From IMG/VR virus record IMGVR_UViG_3300005805_000231, positions 1 through 36,178 of that record: DNA of 36,178 bases; one strand, written 5' to 3'. The notes under the pieces are model-generated. The model saw only the letters and a program-made list of their open reading frames with translations. It did not search any database and was not told the origin of the DNA. Position numbers and translations under genes: made by a program. Origin of the DNA: a virus. Its lineage: Duplodnaviria > Caudoviricetes. Positions 1-7,385 of the stretch are shown here, piece by piece (the first letter of the stretch is position 1; each line of letters starts with the position of its first letter).

Positions 1-15
1 CGGCTCGACGGGGGG
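1..15. repeat. Terminal direct repeat (assembly circularisation overlap), copy 1
   Basis: cggctcgacgggggg at 1-15 is identical to 36164-36178. Joining the ends places terS upstream of terL on the same strand. Confidence 0.85.
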
Positions 16-25
16 GGGGGGGGGT

Positions 26-74
26 CTAGGAGACGCCCCAGGATGCCCCTGAGACGCGCCAGAACGGCCCAGGA
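26..74. repeat. Helically phased short repeats next to a G15 tract, candidate packaging (pac) region
   Basis: ctagga (26), ccagga (38), cctgag (48), ccagaa (59), ccagga (69), spaced 10-12 bp, in the terS-terL intergenic region. Confidence 0.4.
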
Positions 75-112
75 GCGCCGATCGTGGTGCGGGTGGTGTC
101 CACCCACAGGGG

Positions 113-607
113 TCATCGTTCAGCGCCTCCTGCGGCCTCTGGTGCAGCCGGCGCCGCCGCGGTATCTGCGTCAGCTTGTGAAATCGGATCTTTAATCCGA
201 AGCACTCCGTCAGAATCTGCTTGCATTTCAAGCACTTGCGAGCGGTCGCCGCCAATTTGTGCCTGCGTTGCGCCGACGTTGCGACCGCCCAGCCAGCCTA
301 ATTCGATCTTGACCGTGCCGTCGACGTTTGCTTGCACCTGGAGCGGCAATGCTTTCATCACCATCGCCGCGAAGATCTGCCGGTCCTGAATGCCGCCGCG
401 GCTGCGCTCGAGCAACCAGCCGGCCAGGCCGCGCGGGTGGCACTCATGCGAGGCTTTCTCGACCGCTTCTCGGATCGAACGCGTCACGCGGTTCGGCGTG
501 CCCTTGGGGCGTCCGCTGGGCGTCGGCGTGCCGTTCAGCGGGCTAACGCCGCGGGGCGCTCGGTTTCGCGCCGGTTTTTCCTGGATTGCTTGTTGTGCCT
601 CACTCAT
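113..607 (-). CDS. terS: Terminase small subunit
   Basis: GRPKGTPNRVTRSIREAV motif typical of phage TerS. Lies upstream of terL across the circular junction. Start taken at ATG 607 (MSEAQQ). Confidence 0.75.
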   Translation of the reverse strand: MSEAQQAIQEKPARNRAPRGVSPLNGTPTPSGRPKGTPNRVTRSIREAVEKASHECHPRGLAGWLLERSRGGIQDRQIFAAMVMKALPLQVQANVDGTVKIELGWLGGRNVGATQAQIGGDRSQVLEMQADSDGVLRIKDPISQADADTAAAPAAPEAAGGAER

Positions 608-613
608 GCCCCC

Positions 614-642
614 ATTTTGCCACCCATTTTTGACAATGTCAC
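614..642 (-). promoter_or_regulatory. Sigma70-like promoter for terS/late operon, probably leaderless, overlapped by a palindrome
   Basis: Minus strand GTGACA-17 bp-(TGG)CAAAAT, then 6 nt to the terS ATG. Palindrome TTT.TGACA-A-TGTCA.AAA at 627-645. Confidence 0.5.
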
Positions 643-677
643 AAACGCGCCAGCAAACGCGCCCGCGCACCCAGCCC

Positions 678-830
678 GCGCAACCTTGCGCAACCTGCGC
701 GCGCTCTCCCCATACCCCTACTAAGTGCTAGCACGCGCAGGAGAAAACACCCCCTCCCTTAGGGGGGAGGGGTGTTATTTCTCCATCCTGCGCAACCTAT
801 GCGCGAGCATGCGCAACCTATAGCGCGCGC
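678..830. repeat. Iteron-like repeats flanking a large inverted repeat, candidate replication origin
   Basis: GCGCAACCT at 678, 688, 790 and 811. Imperfect inverted repeat at 740-784 (GGAGAAAACACCCCCTCCC...GGGAGGGGTGTTATTTCTCC). Confidence 0.6.
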
Positions 831-916
831 ACAGCTCGCGCAGCGCGCGCAAACAAAAACCCTATCAATCGTCGGGCCGCGATAGAAACAATTCATGGAT
901 GTGCCGCAATAATCCG

Positions 917-945
917 TTGACATCGCGATGCGATTCGCACATCAT
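917..945 (+). promoter_or_regulatory. Sigma70 promoter with 17-bp operator-like palindrome
   Basis: TTGACA (917-922)-17 bp-CATCAT (940-945). GATGCG-ATTCG-CACATC at 927-943. Confidence 0.65.
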
Positions 946-1002
946 GCGTTTACGGCCACGCGGTCGCAACGATGCAAACAAACAAACACAACGAGGTTAA
1001 CG

Positions 1003-1656
1003 ATGCTACGAATCAGCAAAACCAGCAAGCTTGACGGAATCCTGTCCTGGTCACTTCAGGCAATCGACACCTGCCCCGGCAGCAAGGGCCGCGACGGCCA
1101 GCTAGTTGAAGCGTGCCGCGGATGCTACGCGACGACCGGAAACTATCGTTTCGCTAACGTCAAAGCGCCACGCCTTGAGAATCGCGACGATTGGAAGCGC
1201 GACGGGTGGGTTGACGACATGGTGGCCGCGCTCGAGTCGCAACGGTATTTTCGCTGGTTTGATTCCGGCGATTGCTACGACTATAGGCTGGCAGAAAAGA
1301 TCCTCTCGGTCGTGCAATTGACCCCTTGGGTCAAGCATTGGATTCCGACGCGCATGCATAAATTCCCGAAAGTCGCGCGCGTACTCGAGCGCATTGCAGC
1401 GCAACCTAATGCGGTCGTGCGGTATTCGGCAGACGAGGTATATACGGCCAGCTATTCGGTGCCTAAGTCGGGCCATCATTCGGGAATCATTGCCGACGCT
1501 AGCGTGCGCACAGATGCGCGCGTTTGTGAAGCATATTCGCGCGACGGTAAATGCGGCGGTTGCCGCGCATGCTGGGATAAGTCGGTCGGCGCAATCGCCT
1601 ATCCGGCGCACGGCGCCAAAATGTCCAAGGTTATCAATCTTAAGCTTGCTGCTTAA
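1003..1656 (+). CDS. Gp88-family Cys-rich, radical-SAM-like Fe-S protein
   Basis: GAGG RBS then ATG 1003. Motifs TCPG...CRGCYA, FRWFDSGD, HWIPTR and C-terminal C-x7-CGGCRACW match the phage GP88 family as I recall it. Confidence 0.7.
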   Translation: MLRISKTSKLDGILSWSLQAIDTCPGSKGRDGQLVEACRGCYATTGNYRFANVKAPRLENRDDWKRDGWVDDMVAALESQRYFRWFDSGDCYDYRLAEKILSVVQLTPWVKHWIPTRMHKFPKVARVLERIAAQPNAVVRYSADEVYTASYSVPKSGHHSGIIADASVRTDARVCEAYSRDGKCGGCRACWDKSVGAIAYPAHGAKMSKVINLKLAA

Positions 1657-1671
1657 TCAAGGGGATAAATC

Positions 1672-1983
1672 ATGAATGCACGATTGATCGGAAAAGACGC
1701 GCGCGGGCGCAAGCTATACCGCGTGCCTGTGCGCGTTACTTTCAATAACTCAAGCGGTTCGATTGACGATTGGATCGCGCCGCCCTATGTCGAATTCGAC
1801 GTTATCGCGCACAGCGCAGCGGACGCGGCGAACTGGGCGGCGCGCGAGTATGAAACGCGGCCCGAGTCGGAAATCGTCGCATTCGGACCGCAAGGGGGGC
1901 GCACGCGGCGGTTTATTAGCTGGGAGCGCGCAGTCTACGCGGAGATGATGACGCGCGGTTTTAGCACCGCGACATTGATTTAA
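1672..1983 (+). CDS. Hypothetical protein, 103 aa
   Basis: AAGGGG RBS; tightly packed in the operon after Gp88. Confidence 0.7.
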   Translation: MNARLIGKDARGRKLYRVPVRVTFNNSSGSIDDWIAPPYVEFDVIAHSAADAANWAAREYETRPESEIVAFGPQGGRTRRFISWERAVYAEMMTRGFSTATLI

Positions 1984-1994
1984 GGGGCGAACCA

Positions 1995-2126
1995 ATGAAT
2001 CTTCGCATCGTCTACAACAAACTTCTCGGCGCCTGGTTCATCGTGCGCGGTCGGCATCAGGCGCCTATTGGCGGGCGGTTCGAGTCGCGGGCCGCTGCGC
2101 TCGCCTATCTACATTCAAGGGGATAA
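1995..2126 (+). CDS. Small hypothetical protein, 43 aa (MNLRIVYNKLLGAWFIVRGRHQAPIGGRFESRAAALAYLHSRG)
   Basis: Translated by hand (below ORF-track cutoff). TAAGGGG RBS; fills the gap in the operon. Confidence 0.65.
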   Translation: MNLRIVYNKLLGAWFIVRGRHQAPIGGRFESRAAALAYLHSRG

Positions 2127-2129
2127 ATC

Positions 2130-2213
2130 ATGACCCGCCAATCAATCCTAGACTGGGCAATCGCCCTTGCATTCGGCGTCGCGCTCGGCGCCGCGGTCGC
2201 ACTCAACATTTAA
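2130..2213 (+). CDS. 27-aa single-TM microprotein (MTRQSILDWAIALAFGVALGAAVALNI)
   Basis: Translated by hand. Has the same 19-bp initiation region as ORF 1672; hydrophobic helix. Confidence 0.6.
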   Translation: MTRQSILDWAIALAFGVALGAAVALNI

Positions 2214-2226
2214 GAGGAAAAATTGT

Positions 2227-4287
2227 TTACTGATAAGCAATCCGCATCCTGCCCGCGTCCGTAAGCTCAATCGTCTTTGCAACATGCCGCGACGGCCCCT
2301 GATAGTCACGCTCGACGATCAGGCCGTCGCGCTGCATCGCAAACAGCAGCGAGAAGAAATCCGACCGCGCGATCCGCGGGAATCCTGGCGCGCGCTGTAG
2401 CACTCGGAATGCGTTGTTGTTGCTGGTCGCACTCATGCTTAGGCGTTGCCCTGCTTTAACCGCATCCTCAATCAATCGAAGAATCACACCCTGGTTATGA
2501 TTTCGCACCACCGCCGCCGCGGCAGCAGCGCCAGGAATCGTTCCAAACTCCCTGAATATGTGCGAGCCAGCGTCATACTCGATTGATACCGCGGGCGATT
2601 TCGGCCCGACGTTGCACTTCTCATGCTTGAGCACAATCTCGCGGTCGTCAGCCAGCACCATCGCCCACCGCGACCGCGCCGTGTTATTCCAAGCAGTCGA
2701 ACCGCTAAAAGTCGAATCCGTATCGTTGCCGGCCCCCGAGCGCACCGACGCCTTATCGACGTGCGCCAATAGCAGAATCGCCGCGTCCGTGCCCGACGCA
2801 ATTGTCTTCAAGCACCGCAAGAACCCTCGCACCGTCGCGCGGTCATTCTCATTGTCCGCGTACACGTCAGACGCATTGTCTACGATCACCACAGACGGCC
2901 GCACGCGCGCCACAGCATCCGCAAACCATTGCATGCGCACGGTCGGCGCACCGTCGCGCCACAAGACCGAATCCTGCTCAGACAGATCAAACACGACCAA
3001 GTCGCGGTGCAGTGCCTGCAAGCTGACATCAGAAGCTCGGCAGATGTTCGACACGCGCGCATGCACCAAGTCCGTCCCATCCTCAGCCGAGACGACCATC
3101 ACCGACCCCTGCGCGACCGGCAACCCCAGCCACGGCGAACCCTGGCAGATCGAGACGGCCATCTGTAGCGCCGCGGTCGACTTACCGACGCCGCCATTGG
3201 CCGACAGCAGGGTCACATGCCCGCGCGGCAGCCAACCCTCAACAGCCCACTCAACTTGGCGCGGTTCACGGCCAGCAAGCGCCATCCAGTCGAGCGGGAC
3301 CGGATCACCCGGCGCGGCCTCGGCAGGCTTGCCTAAATTGACCGTCACAGAGACAGGCGCACGCTCAGCCGGCGCGAACTTTTCAGCACTCTTTACTGCT
3401 CGCGGAATCTCAGCCCGACGCGCCTGCCAGCGCAGGATCTCTGACTCCGGCCCGACAGGCTTTGACGCATCCATCAGCGAGTACAGATAGCTGACCGCCG
3501 CGCCTGGGAACATCCCGCCCGCGACCAATGACGCCGCCAACTTGATCAGGTTGTCGTGATACGCCCGATCCTCAAGCGGCCCCGTAATGCCGGACACGAA
3601 GTCACCCGCGTGCGACCCCTGCCCTGCCCCTGACCCAGTTGTCGAAGAGGTGGTCTTCACCACCTGCCGCAGCGCAGCAAGGTCAACGCCCAATGACGCA
3701 ACCGCATCATCCAGCGAATACCGGATCGACGGGTTCCACTGCTCAAGCTGGACCGTCCACGGCCCCGCATCGCGCGGCTTTGTGTTCATCCCCCGCGGCA
3801 ACCGCAACAGGCGCACCGCGTTGTTGCCCGACTTGTCATTCTTAATCAGCCCGCGACCGGACAGGTGCATCATCACCCGATCAACCAGGTCAAGGTTCGA
3901 GCAGTCAGGGTCATTCGGATCGAGCAGGATGCCGACCTGGAACTTGCCGGGCGAAGTCTGGATTGAGTAGCTGAACTGCCCAATGTCGTCAGGCTGCACG
4001 TCGTCCACGACGAGCGCCATCAACTGCACAAAGGCAGACTTGCGCCTGACCATCTCGCCATCGACAAGACCAAGCAAAGCCGGACAGAAGTAAGTGTTCT
4101 CACTTACTGCGCGATCAATCAGCCCAGCCTGCGCCGGACCCCCGTTGTAGGGTCTGCCCGACCATACATCGGGCGGCGCGTCTGAAGGGTCAGCGGCGAA
4201 GGTACAAACCCACCCGTACTCTCCCTTGGGTATTTGCCCGTAAAGCTCGGCCAAGAAGTCGGAGTTCGTCATCTCGAGGCCGATCAC
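2227..4287 (-). CDS. Primase-helicase: RepB'-like (AEP) primase fused to RepA/AAA_25-type helicase
   Basis: N-terminal YF..., LVVDDV, IQTSPGKFQ and RLLRLP.G.NTK motifs. C-terminal Walker A ANGGVGKST, AED, Walker B VVIVD, LLLAH, FSGSTAW. Start may be ATG 4272. Confidence 0.85.
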   Translation of the reverse strand: MIGLEMTNSDFLAELYGQIPKGEYGWVCTFAADPSDAPPDVWSGRPYNGGPAQAGLIDRAVSENTYFCPALLGLVDGEMVRRKSAFVQLMALVVDDVQPDDIGQFSYSIQTSPGKFQVGILLDPNDPDCSNLDLVDRVMMHLSGRGLIKNDKSGNNAVRLLRLPRGMNTKPRDAGPWTVQLEQWNPSIRYSLDDAVASLGVDLAALRQVVKTTSSTTGSGAGQGSHAGDFVSGITGPLEDRAYHDNLIKLAASLVAGGMFPGAAVSYLYSLMDASKPVGPESEILRWQARRAEIPRAVKSAEKFAPAERAPVSVTVNLGKPAEAAPGDPVPLDWMALAGREPRQVEWAVEGWLPRGHVTLLSANGGVGKSTAALQMAVSICQGSPWLGLPVAQGSVMVVSAEDGTDLVHARVSNICRASDVSLQALHRDLVVFDLSEQDSVLWRDGAPTVRMQWFADAVARVRPSVVIVDNASDVYADNENDRATVRGFLRCLKTIASGTDAAILLLAHVDKASVRSGAGNDTDSTFSGSTAWNNTARSRWAMVLADDREIVLKHEKCNVGPKSPAVSIEYDAGSHIFREFGTIPGAAAAAAVVRNHNQGVILRLIEDAVKAGQRLSMSATSNNNAFRVLQRAPGFPRIARSDFFSLLFAMQRDGLIVERDYQGPSRHVAKTIELTDAGRMRIAYQ

Positions 4288-4290
4288 TCT

Positions 4291-4530
4291 TTAACCCCGC
4301 ATGCCGGCCAGATCGGCCAGCTTGATTCTGATGTCGTACCGCCGCGCCATAGAAAGAAGTTTCGGCCAGTGCTGCTGCGGGATCATCCCGCCAGTGCCGC
4401 CGGGGCGCTCGGAACACCACCGCGACAGAGTCGAGCGGTCAAGCCCCAGATGGGCACTGACCGGCCCCTTTCCACCAAGACGCTCAAGCACCGAATACGC
4501 AGGTTCACACTTATGAACGGTCGGGATCAT
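4291..4530 (-). CDS. cro: Cro-like HTH protein, 79 aa
   Basis: GG..VSAHLGLDRSTLSRW...GGMIP HTH pattern; GGAG RBS; divergent from the repressor. It is the C-terminal part of track ORF 4291..5205. Confidence 0.75.
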   Translation of the reverse strand: MIPTVHKCEPAYSVLERLGGKGPVSAHLGLDRSTLSRWCSERPGGTGGMIPQQHWPKLLSMARRYDIRIKLADLAGMRG

Positions 4531-4547
4531 TACTTTTTCTCCAAGCA

Positions 4548-4599
4548 GATGGGATTGACTCAATGTGGATATTCTGACACGATCGCCCGCGCATCCGAA
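4548..4599. promoter_or_regulatory. Genetic switch: overlapping divergent promoters and operator
   Basis: Plus strand TTGACT (4555)-17-CACGAT (4578). Minus strand TTCGGA (4599-4594)-17-(TGT)CAGAAT (4576-4571). Operator-like GATGGG-ATTGA-CTCAAT at 4548-4564. Confidence 0.5.
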
Positions 4600-4608
4600 A
4601 TTTCGCCC

Positions 4609-5190
4609 ATGAACACCGACTGGTTCCGGCACCTGATGGCCGCGCGCAAGCTCTCGCAGCGCGGTCTGGCGAAGCTCCTTGACCTTGATCCTGCGGCAGT
4701 CTCGCTGATGATGCGCGGACAACGCCGCATGACCAACAACGAGGCCCACCAGATCAGCGTCATCCTCGGCGTGCCGATCACTGAAGTGCTGCGCCAGGCC
4801 GGCATCGAAGTGCGCGACGATGTGCGTCACGTCAAGGTCGCTGGCTTCATTGATGAGCATGCCGTTGTCACGTTGTTCCCCTCGCGCACACATGACAAGG
4901 TCATCGGCCCAGCCGACTGCCCCGAGGGCACCTACGCCCTTCAGAAGCGCACACCGAACGCGCCGCAAGACGGGTGGATGTACTTCATCTCGCCAGCCGA
5001 GGACGACCCCCGCGCGCACCTTGGCAAACTGTGCTGCCTCGCGCTTGAGAACGGCGAGCACCTGGTCACGTTCCTCCACCGCGGCTATCGGACCGGCACC
5101 TTCAACCTGATCCGCTGCACCGGCAACGCGCAACGCACAGACGCCAGCGTGACGTGGGCATCGCCGGTCTTGTGGGTCAAACCTCTGTAG
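4609..5190 (+). CDS. cI: CI-like XRE-family repressor with divergent S24-like C-terminal domain
   Basis: LSQRGLAKLLDLDPAAVSLMMRGQR HTH; divergent from cro; beta-rich C-terminal domain without a clear autocleavage dyad. Confidence 0.8.
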   Translation: MNTDWFRHLMAARKLSQRGLAKLLDLDPAAVSLMMRGQRRMTNNEAHQISVILGVPITEVLRQAGIEVRDDVRHVKVAGFIDEHAVVTLFPSRTHDKVIGPADCPEGTYALQKRTPNAPQDGWMYFISPAEDDPRAHLGKLCCLALENGEHLVTFLHRGYRTGTFNLIRCTGNAQRTDASVTWASPVLWVKPL

Positions 5191-5226
5191 TAAAAAACTA
5201 GGCATTTACTCTTTTTACCACGAACT

Positions 5227-5256
5227 GTTGCGCTTTACTCATCGGTGTGTTTTAAT
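5227..5256 (+). promoter_or_regulatory. Early operon promoter with 17-bp operator
   Basis: TTGCGC (5228)-17-TTTAAT (5251). GTTGCG-CTTTA-CTCATC at 5227-5243. AAGGAG RBS downstream. Confidence 0.6.
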
Positions 5257-5288
5257 CTCCTTGCGTTCTCAAAAACAAGGAGTGAACG

Positions 5289-5489
5289 ATGAACGATGCA
5301 ACAACAAGTACCAAGGCGGTTTATGTCACCGGGGCCGACGTGGCCTCAACCTGGCAGCGGCTTACTGGCTGGGTTCCTCCCAGCAAAGACCCGCGATACA
5401 TCAAGAAGTGGCTGGACTTCCAGCTTGATTTCATTGAAGCGCGACGCGAAGCAATCACGTCGCAGTTTCAAGTCAGGCAGGAGGGCTGA
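5289..5489 (+). CDS. Hypothetical protein, 66 aa
   Basis: AAGGAG RBS; first gene after the promoter. Confidence 0.7.
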   Translation: MNDATTSTKAVYVTGADVASTWQRLTGWVPPSKDPRYIKKWLDFQLDFIEARREAITSQFQVRQEG

Positions 5490-5491
5490 CC

Positions 5492-6160
5492 ATGATCACA
5501 CCGGAAGCGCGCGTGCTGTACGCGGTCGTCAATCAAGCAATCGTTGACGCCTGCGAGCGGCCCATCGTCAAGCACCGCGGGCGAACAGATTCGCTGGAAA
5601 ACTTTGAGTTGTCAATGCACGCTCGGTCGGCAATGAACTTTTTGTTTACTAACCTATCGGACGCCTATCTCAAGTGGCTGGACATTGATCCTGACTGGCT
5701 GCGGCGTGAATTGCTCGAGGTCATGTATGAGCGTCGCAAGCAACCTACCGCTGCCGAGCTGAGGGGCAGGGGCGGCGACGCCGGTGGCGCTGTCGAGCGC
5801 ATTGATGAGTACGCGCGGCGAGCATTCAGGATGAATTATCAACTGTGGAAGTTGTCACCAGAAGAACCAATCCCAATGCCTCGCGACAGCGAAGGCGATA
5901 TGCGCACCGTCAAGATTGTCAAAGTCAAAAACGAAGTGAAGAAAGGAACTGGTGATGCAACAGGAAATACAGGACTCAGCAGAAAAAACAAAACCCGCCA
6001 ACCCGCTGGATCTATGGCAATACGGGCCATTTCTTCTTTCGCAGCGAGCGGACGGATTGATAGCTCTACCGGGCGGTGGGTCAATCACGGCGATGGATCT
6101 GTATCGGTCGGGGTTTCAGAAAAAGTGGCGAGTCGCAAGACCAGGGGAGCGAAAGCATGA
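5492..6160 (+). CDS. Hypothetical protein (C-terminal third may be spurious)
   Basis: AGGAGG RBS; AVVNQAIVDA motif common in phage early proteins; overlaps the next candidate ORF. Confidence 0.6.
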   Translation: MITPEARVLYAVVNQAIVDACERPIVKHRGRTDSLENFELSMHARSAMNFLFTNLSDAYLKWLDIDPDWLRRELLEVMYERRKQPTAAELRGRGGDAGGAVERIDEYARRAFRMNYQLWKLSPEEPIPMPRDSEGDMRTVKIVKVKNEVKKGTGDATGNTGLSRKNKTRQPAGSMAIRAISSFAASGRIDSSTGRWVNHGDGSVSVGVSEKVASRKTRGAKA

Positions 6161-6242
6161 CGAGACGCCAGATGGAAGATGTCGTCATTGCGGTTGCACT
6201 TGGCACAGTCGCAGTGTTCTGCGCAGCCCTTTTGATATGTGA
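5955..6242 (+). CDS. Possible overlapping hypothetical protein
   Basis: AAGGA RBS before GTG/ATG at 5952/5955. Protein-like central part (LIALPGGG), but overlaps both neighbours. Confidence 0.35.
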   Translation: MQQEIQDSAEKTKPANPLDLWQYGPFLLSQRADGLIALPGGGSITAMDLYRSGFQKKWRVARPGERKHDETPDGRCRHCGCTWHSRSVLRSPFDM

Positions 6243-6267
6243 GTGGATTTTCGGAGTCCCGCAATGA
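6157..6267 (+). CDS. 36-aa membrane microprotein
   Basis: GGGGAG RBS; ATGA overlaps with both neighbours; one hydrophobic helix. Confidence 0.6.
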   Translation: MTRRQMEDVVIAVALGTVAVFCAALLICEWIFGVPQ

Positions 6268-6644
6268 CGCTTGACCAACTCTCCCAGCAGTGGCTCGAGT
6301 ACAAGGCGCAGGAGGACACGGCGCGCGACAACCGCGTCGCGATTGAGCAGCAGATCCTGGCCCTGCACGCGGCGCCCGAGGAAGGCAGCGAGTCATTCGC
6401 CACTGACAACGGCGCCCGCATCACCGTCACCGGCAAGCTCTCTTACAAGGTCGACATTGATCGACTGATTGGACTGACGGCAACCTGGCCTGAGTCCGCG
6501 CGGCCATTCATCAAGAAGGTCGTTGTTGACGAGACGAAGCTCAAGGCAATCCGGCGCGAGACGCCCAAGCTCTGGACGCTCATCGCGCCAGCAATTGAAA
6601 CGAAACCCGCCAAGACTGGCGTAACCATACGAACCAAGGATTAA
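6264..6644 (+). CDS. Conserved hypothetical protein typically found next to Sak4 genes
   Basis: GGAG RBS, ATGA overlap; W...K..E...R..IE and C-terminal TKPAK.GV motifs. Confidence 0.75.
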   Translation: MTLDQLSQQWLEYKAQEDTARDNRVAIEQQILALHAAPEEGSESFATDNGARITVTGKLSYKVDIDRLIGLTATWPESARPFIKKVVVDETKLKAIRRETPKLWTLIAPAIETKPAKTGVTIRTKD

Positions 6645-6646
6645 CG

Positions 6647-7375
6647 ATGGCATTCGACTTAAAGAGTATCCGCAAAAACACCTCAATCGCCGCACCGCGT
6701 GTGATGGTCTACGGAGTTGAGGGCATCGGCAAGAGCACCTTCGCGTCAGGCGCAAAGAACCCGATCTTCATCCTTACTGAAGATGGCCTGGGCAGTCTGG
6801 CCGTCGATCACTTCCCCGTTGCAAAGACCGCGGCTGATGTGCTCGACGCGATCGGCACACTGATCAAAGACGACCACGACTTCAATACCGTCGTCCTGGA
6901 TAGTGTGGACTGGCTTGACAACCTGATCTGGACCGACGTTGAGGCGACCCACGACGCCAAGGATCTCGCTTACGGCAAAGGCGCAATGATCGTCGCCGAG
7001 CGGTGGCGTGATGTGCTGGCAGGGCTGAATCATCTGCGCAATGAAAAGAGCATGTGCGTCATCCTGATCGCGCATACACAGATCAAGCGGTTTGATTCGC
7101 CCGAGGTCGAACCGTATGACAGATACCAGCCCAAACTGCAAGAACGGTCCAGTGCCCTGATTCGCGAGTGGTGCGACGCGGTGCTGTTCGCGAACTACAA
7201 GACAATCGTCAAGAAAGATGACCTCGGTTTCAACAAGACCAACAACCGAGGTGTCACAACGGGCGAGCGCCTGTTGTTCACCAGTGAGAAGCCGGCCTAC
7301 ATGGCAAAGAACCGTTACTCACTCCCAGAATCGCTGCCCATGTCCTGGGAAGCATTTACCCAAGCTATCAACTAA
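6647..7375 (+). CDS. Sak4-like AAA_24 ATPase (single-strand annealing recombinase)
   Basis: YGVEGIGKST Walker A, VVLDSVDWL Walker B, LIAH, EWCD, AKNRY. Confidence 0.85.
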   Translation: MAFDLKSIRKNTSIAAPRVMVYGVEGIGKSTFASGAKNPIFILTEDGLGSLAVDHFPVAKTAADVLDAIGTLIKDDHDFNTVVLDSVDWLDNLIWTDVEATHDAKDLAYGKGAMIVAERWRDVLAGLNHLRNEKSMCVILIAHTQIKRFDSPEVEPYDRYQPKLQERSSALIREWCDAVLFANYKTIVKKDDLGFNKTNNRGVTTGERLLFTSEKPAYMAKNRYSLPESLPMSWEAFTQAIN

Positions 7376-7385
7376 GGAAACCAAA

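Noticed and set aside
4234-5205. Long track ORFs 4234..5190 (+) and 4291..5205 (-)
   Set aside because: They are upstream extensions of cI and cro through each other; motif and RBS evidence supports starts at 4609 and 4530.
5190-5218. GTAAAAA...TTTTTAC inverted repeat after cI as a terminator
   Set aside because: Weak A/T stem with a long loop; insufficient support.
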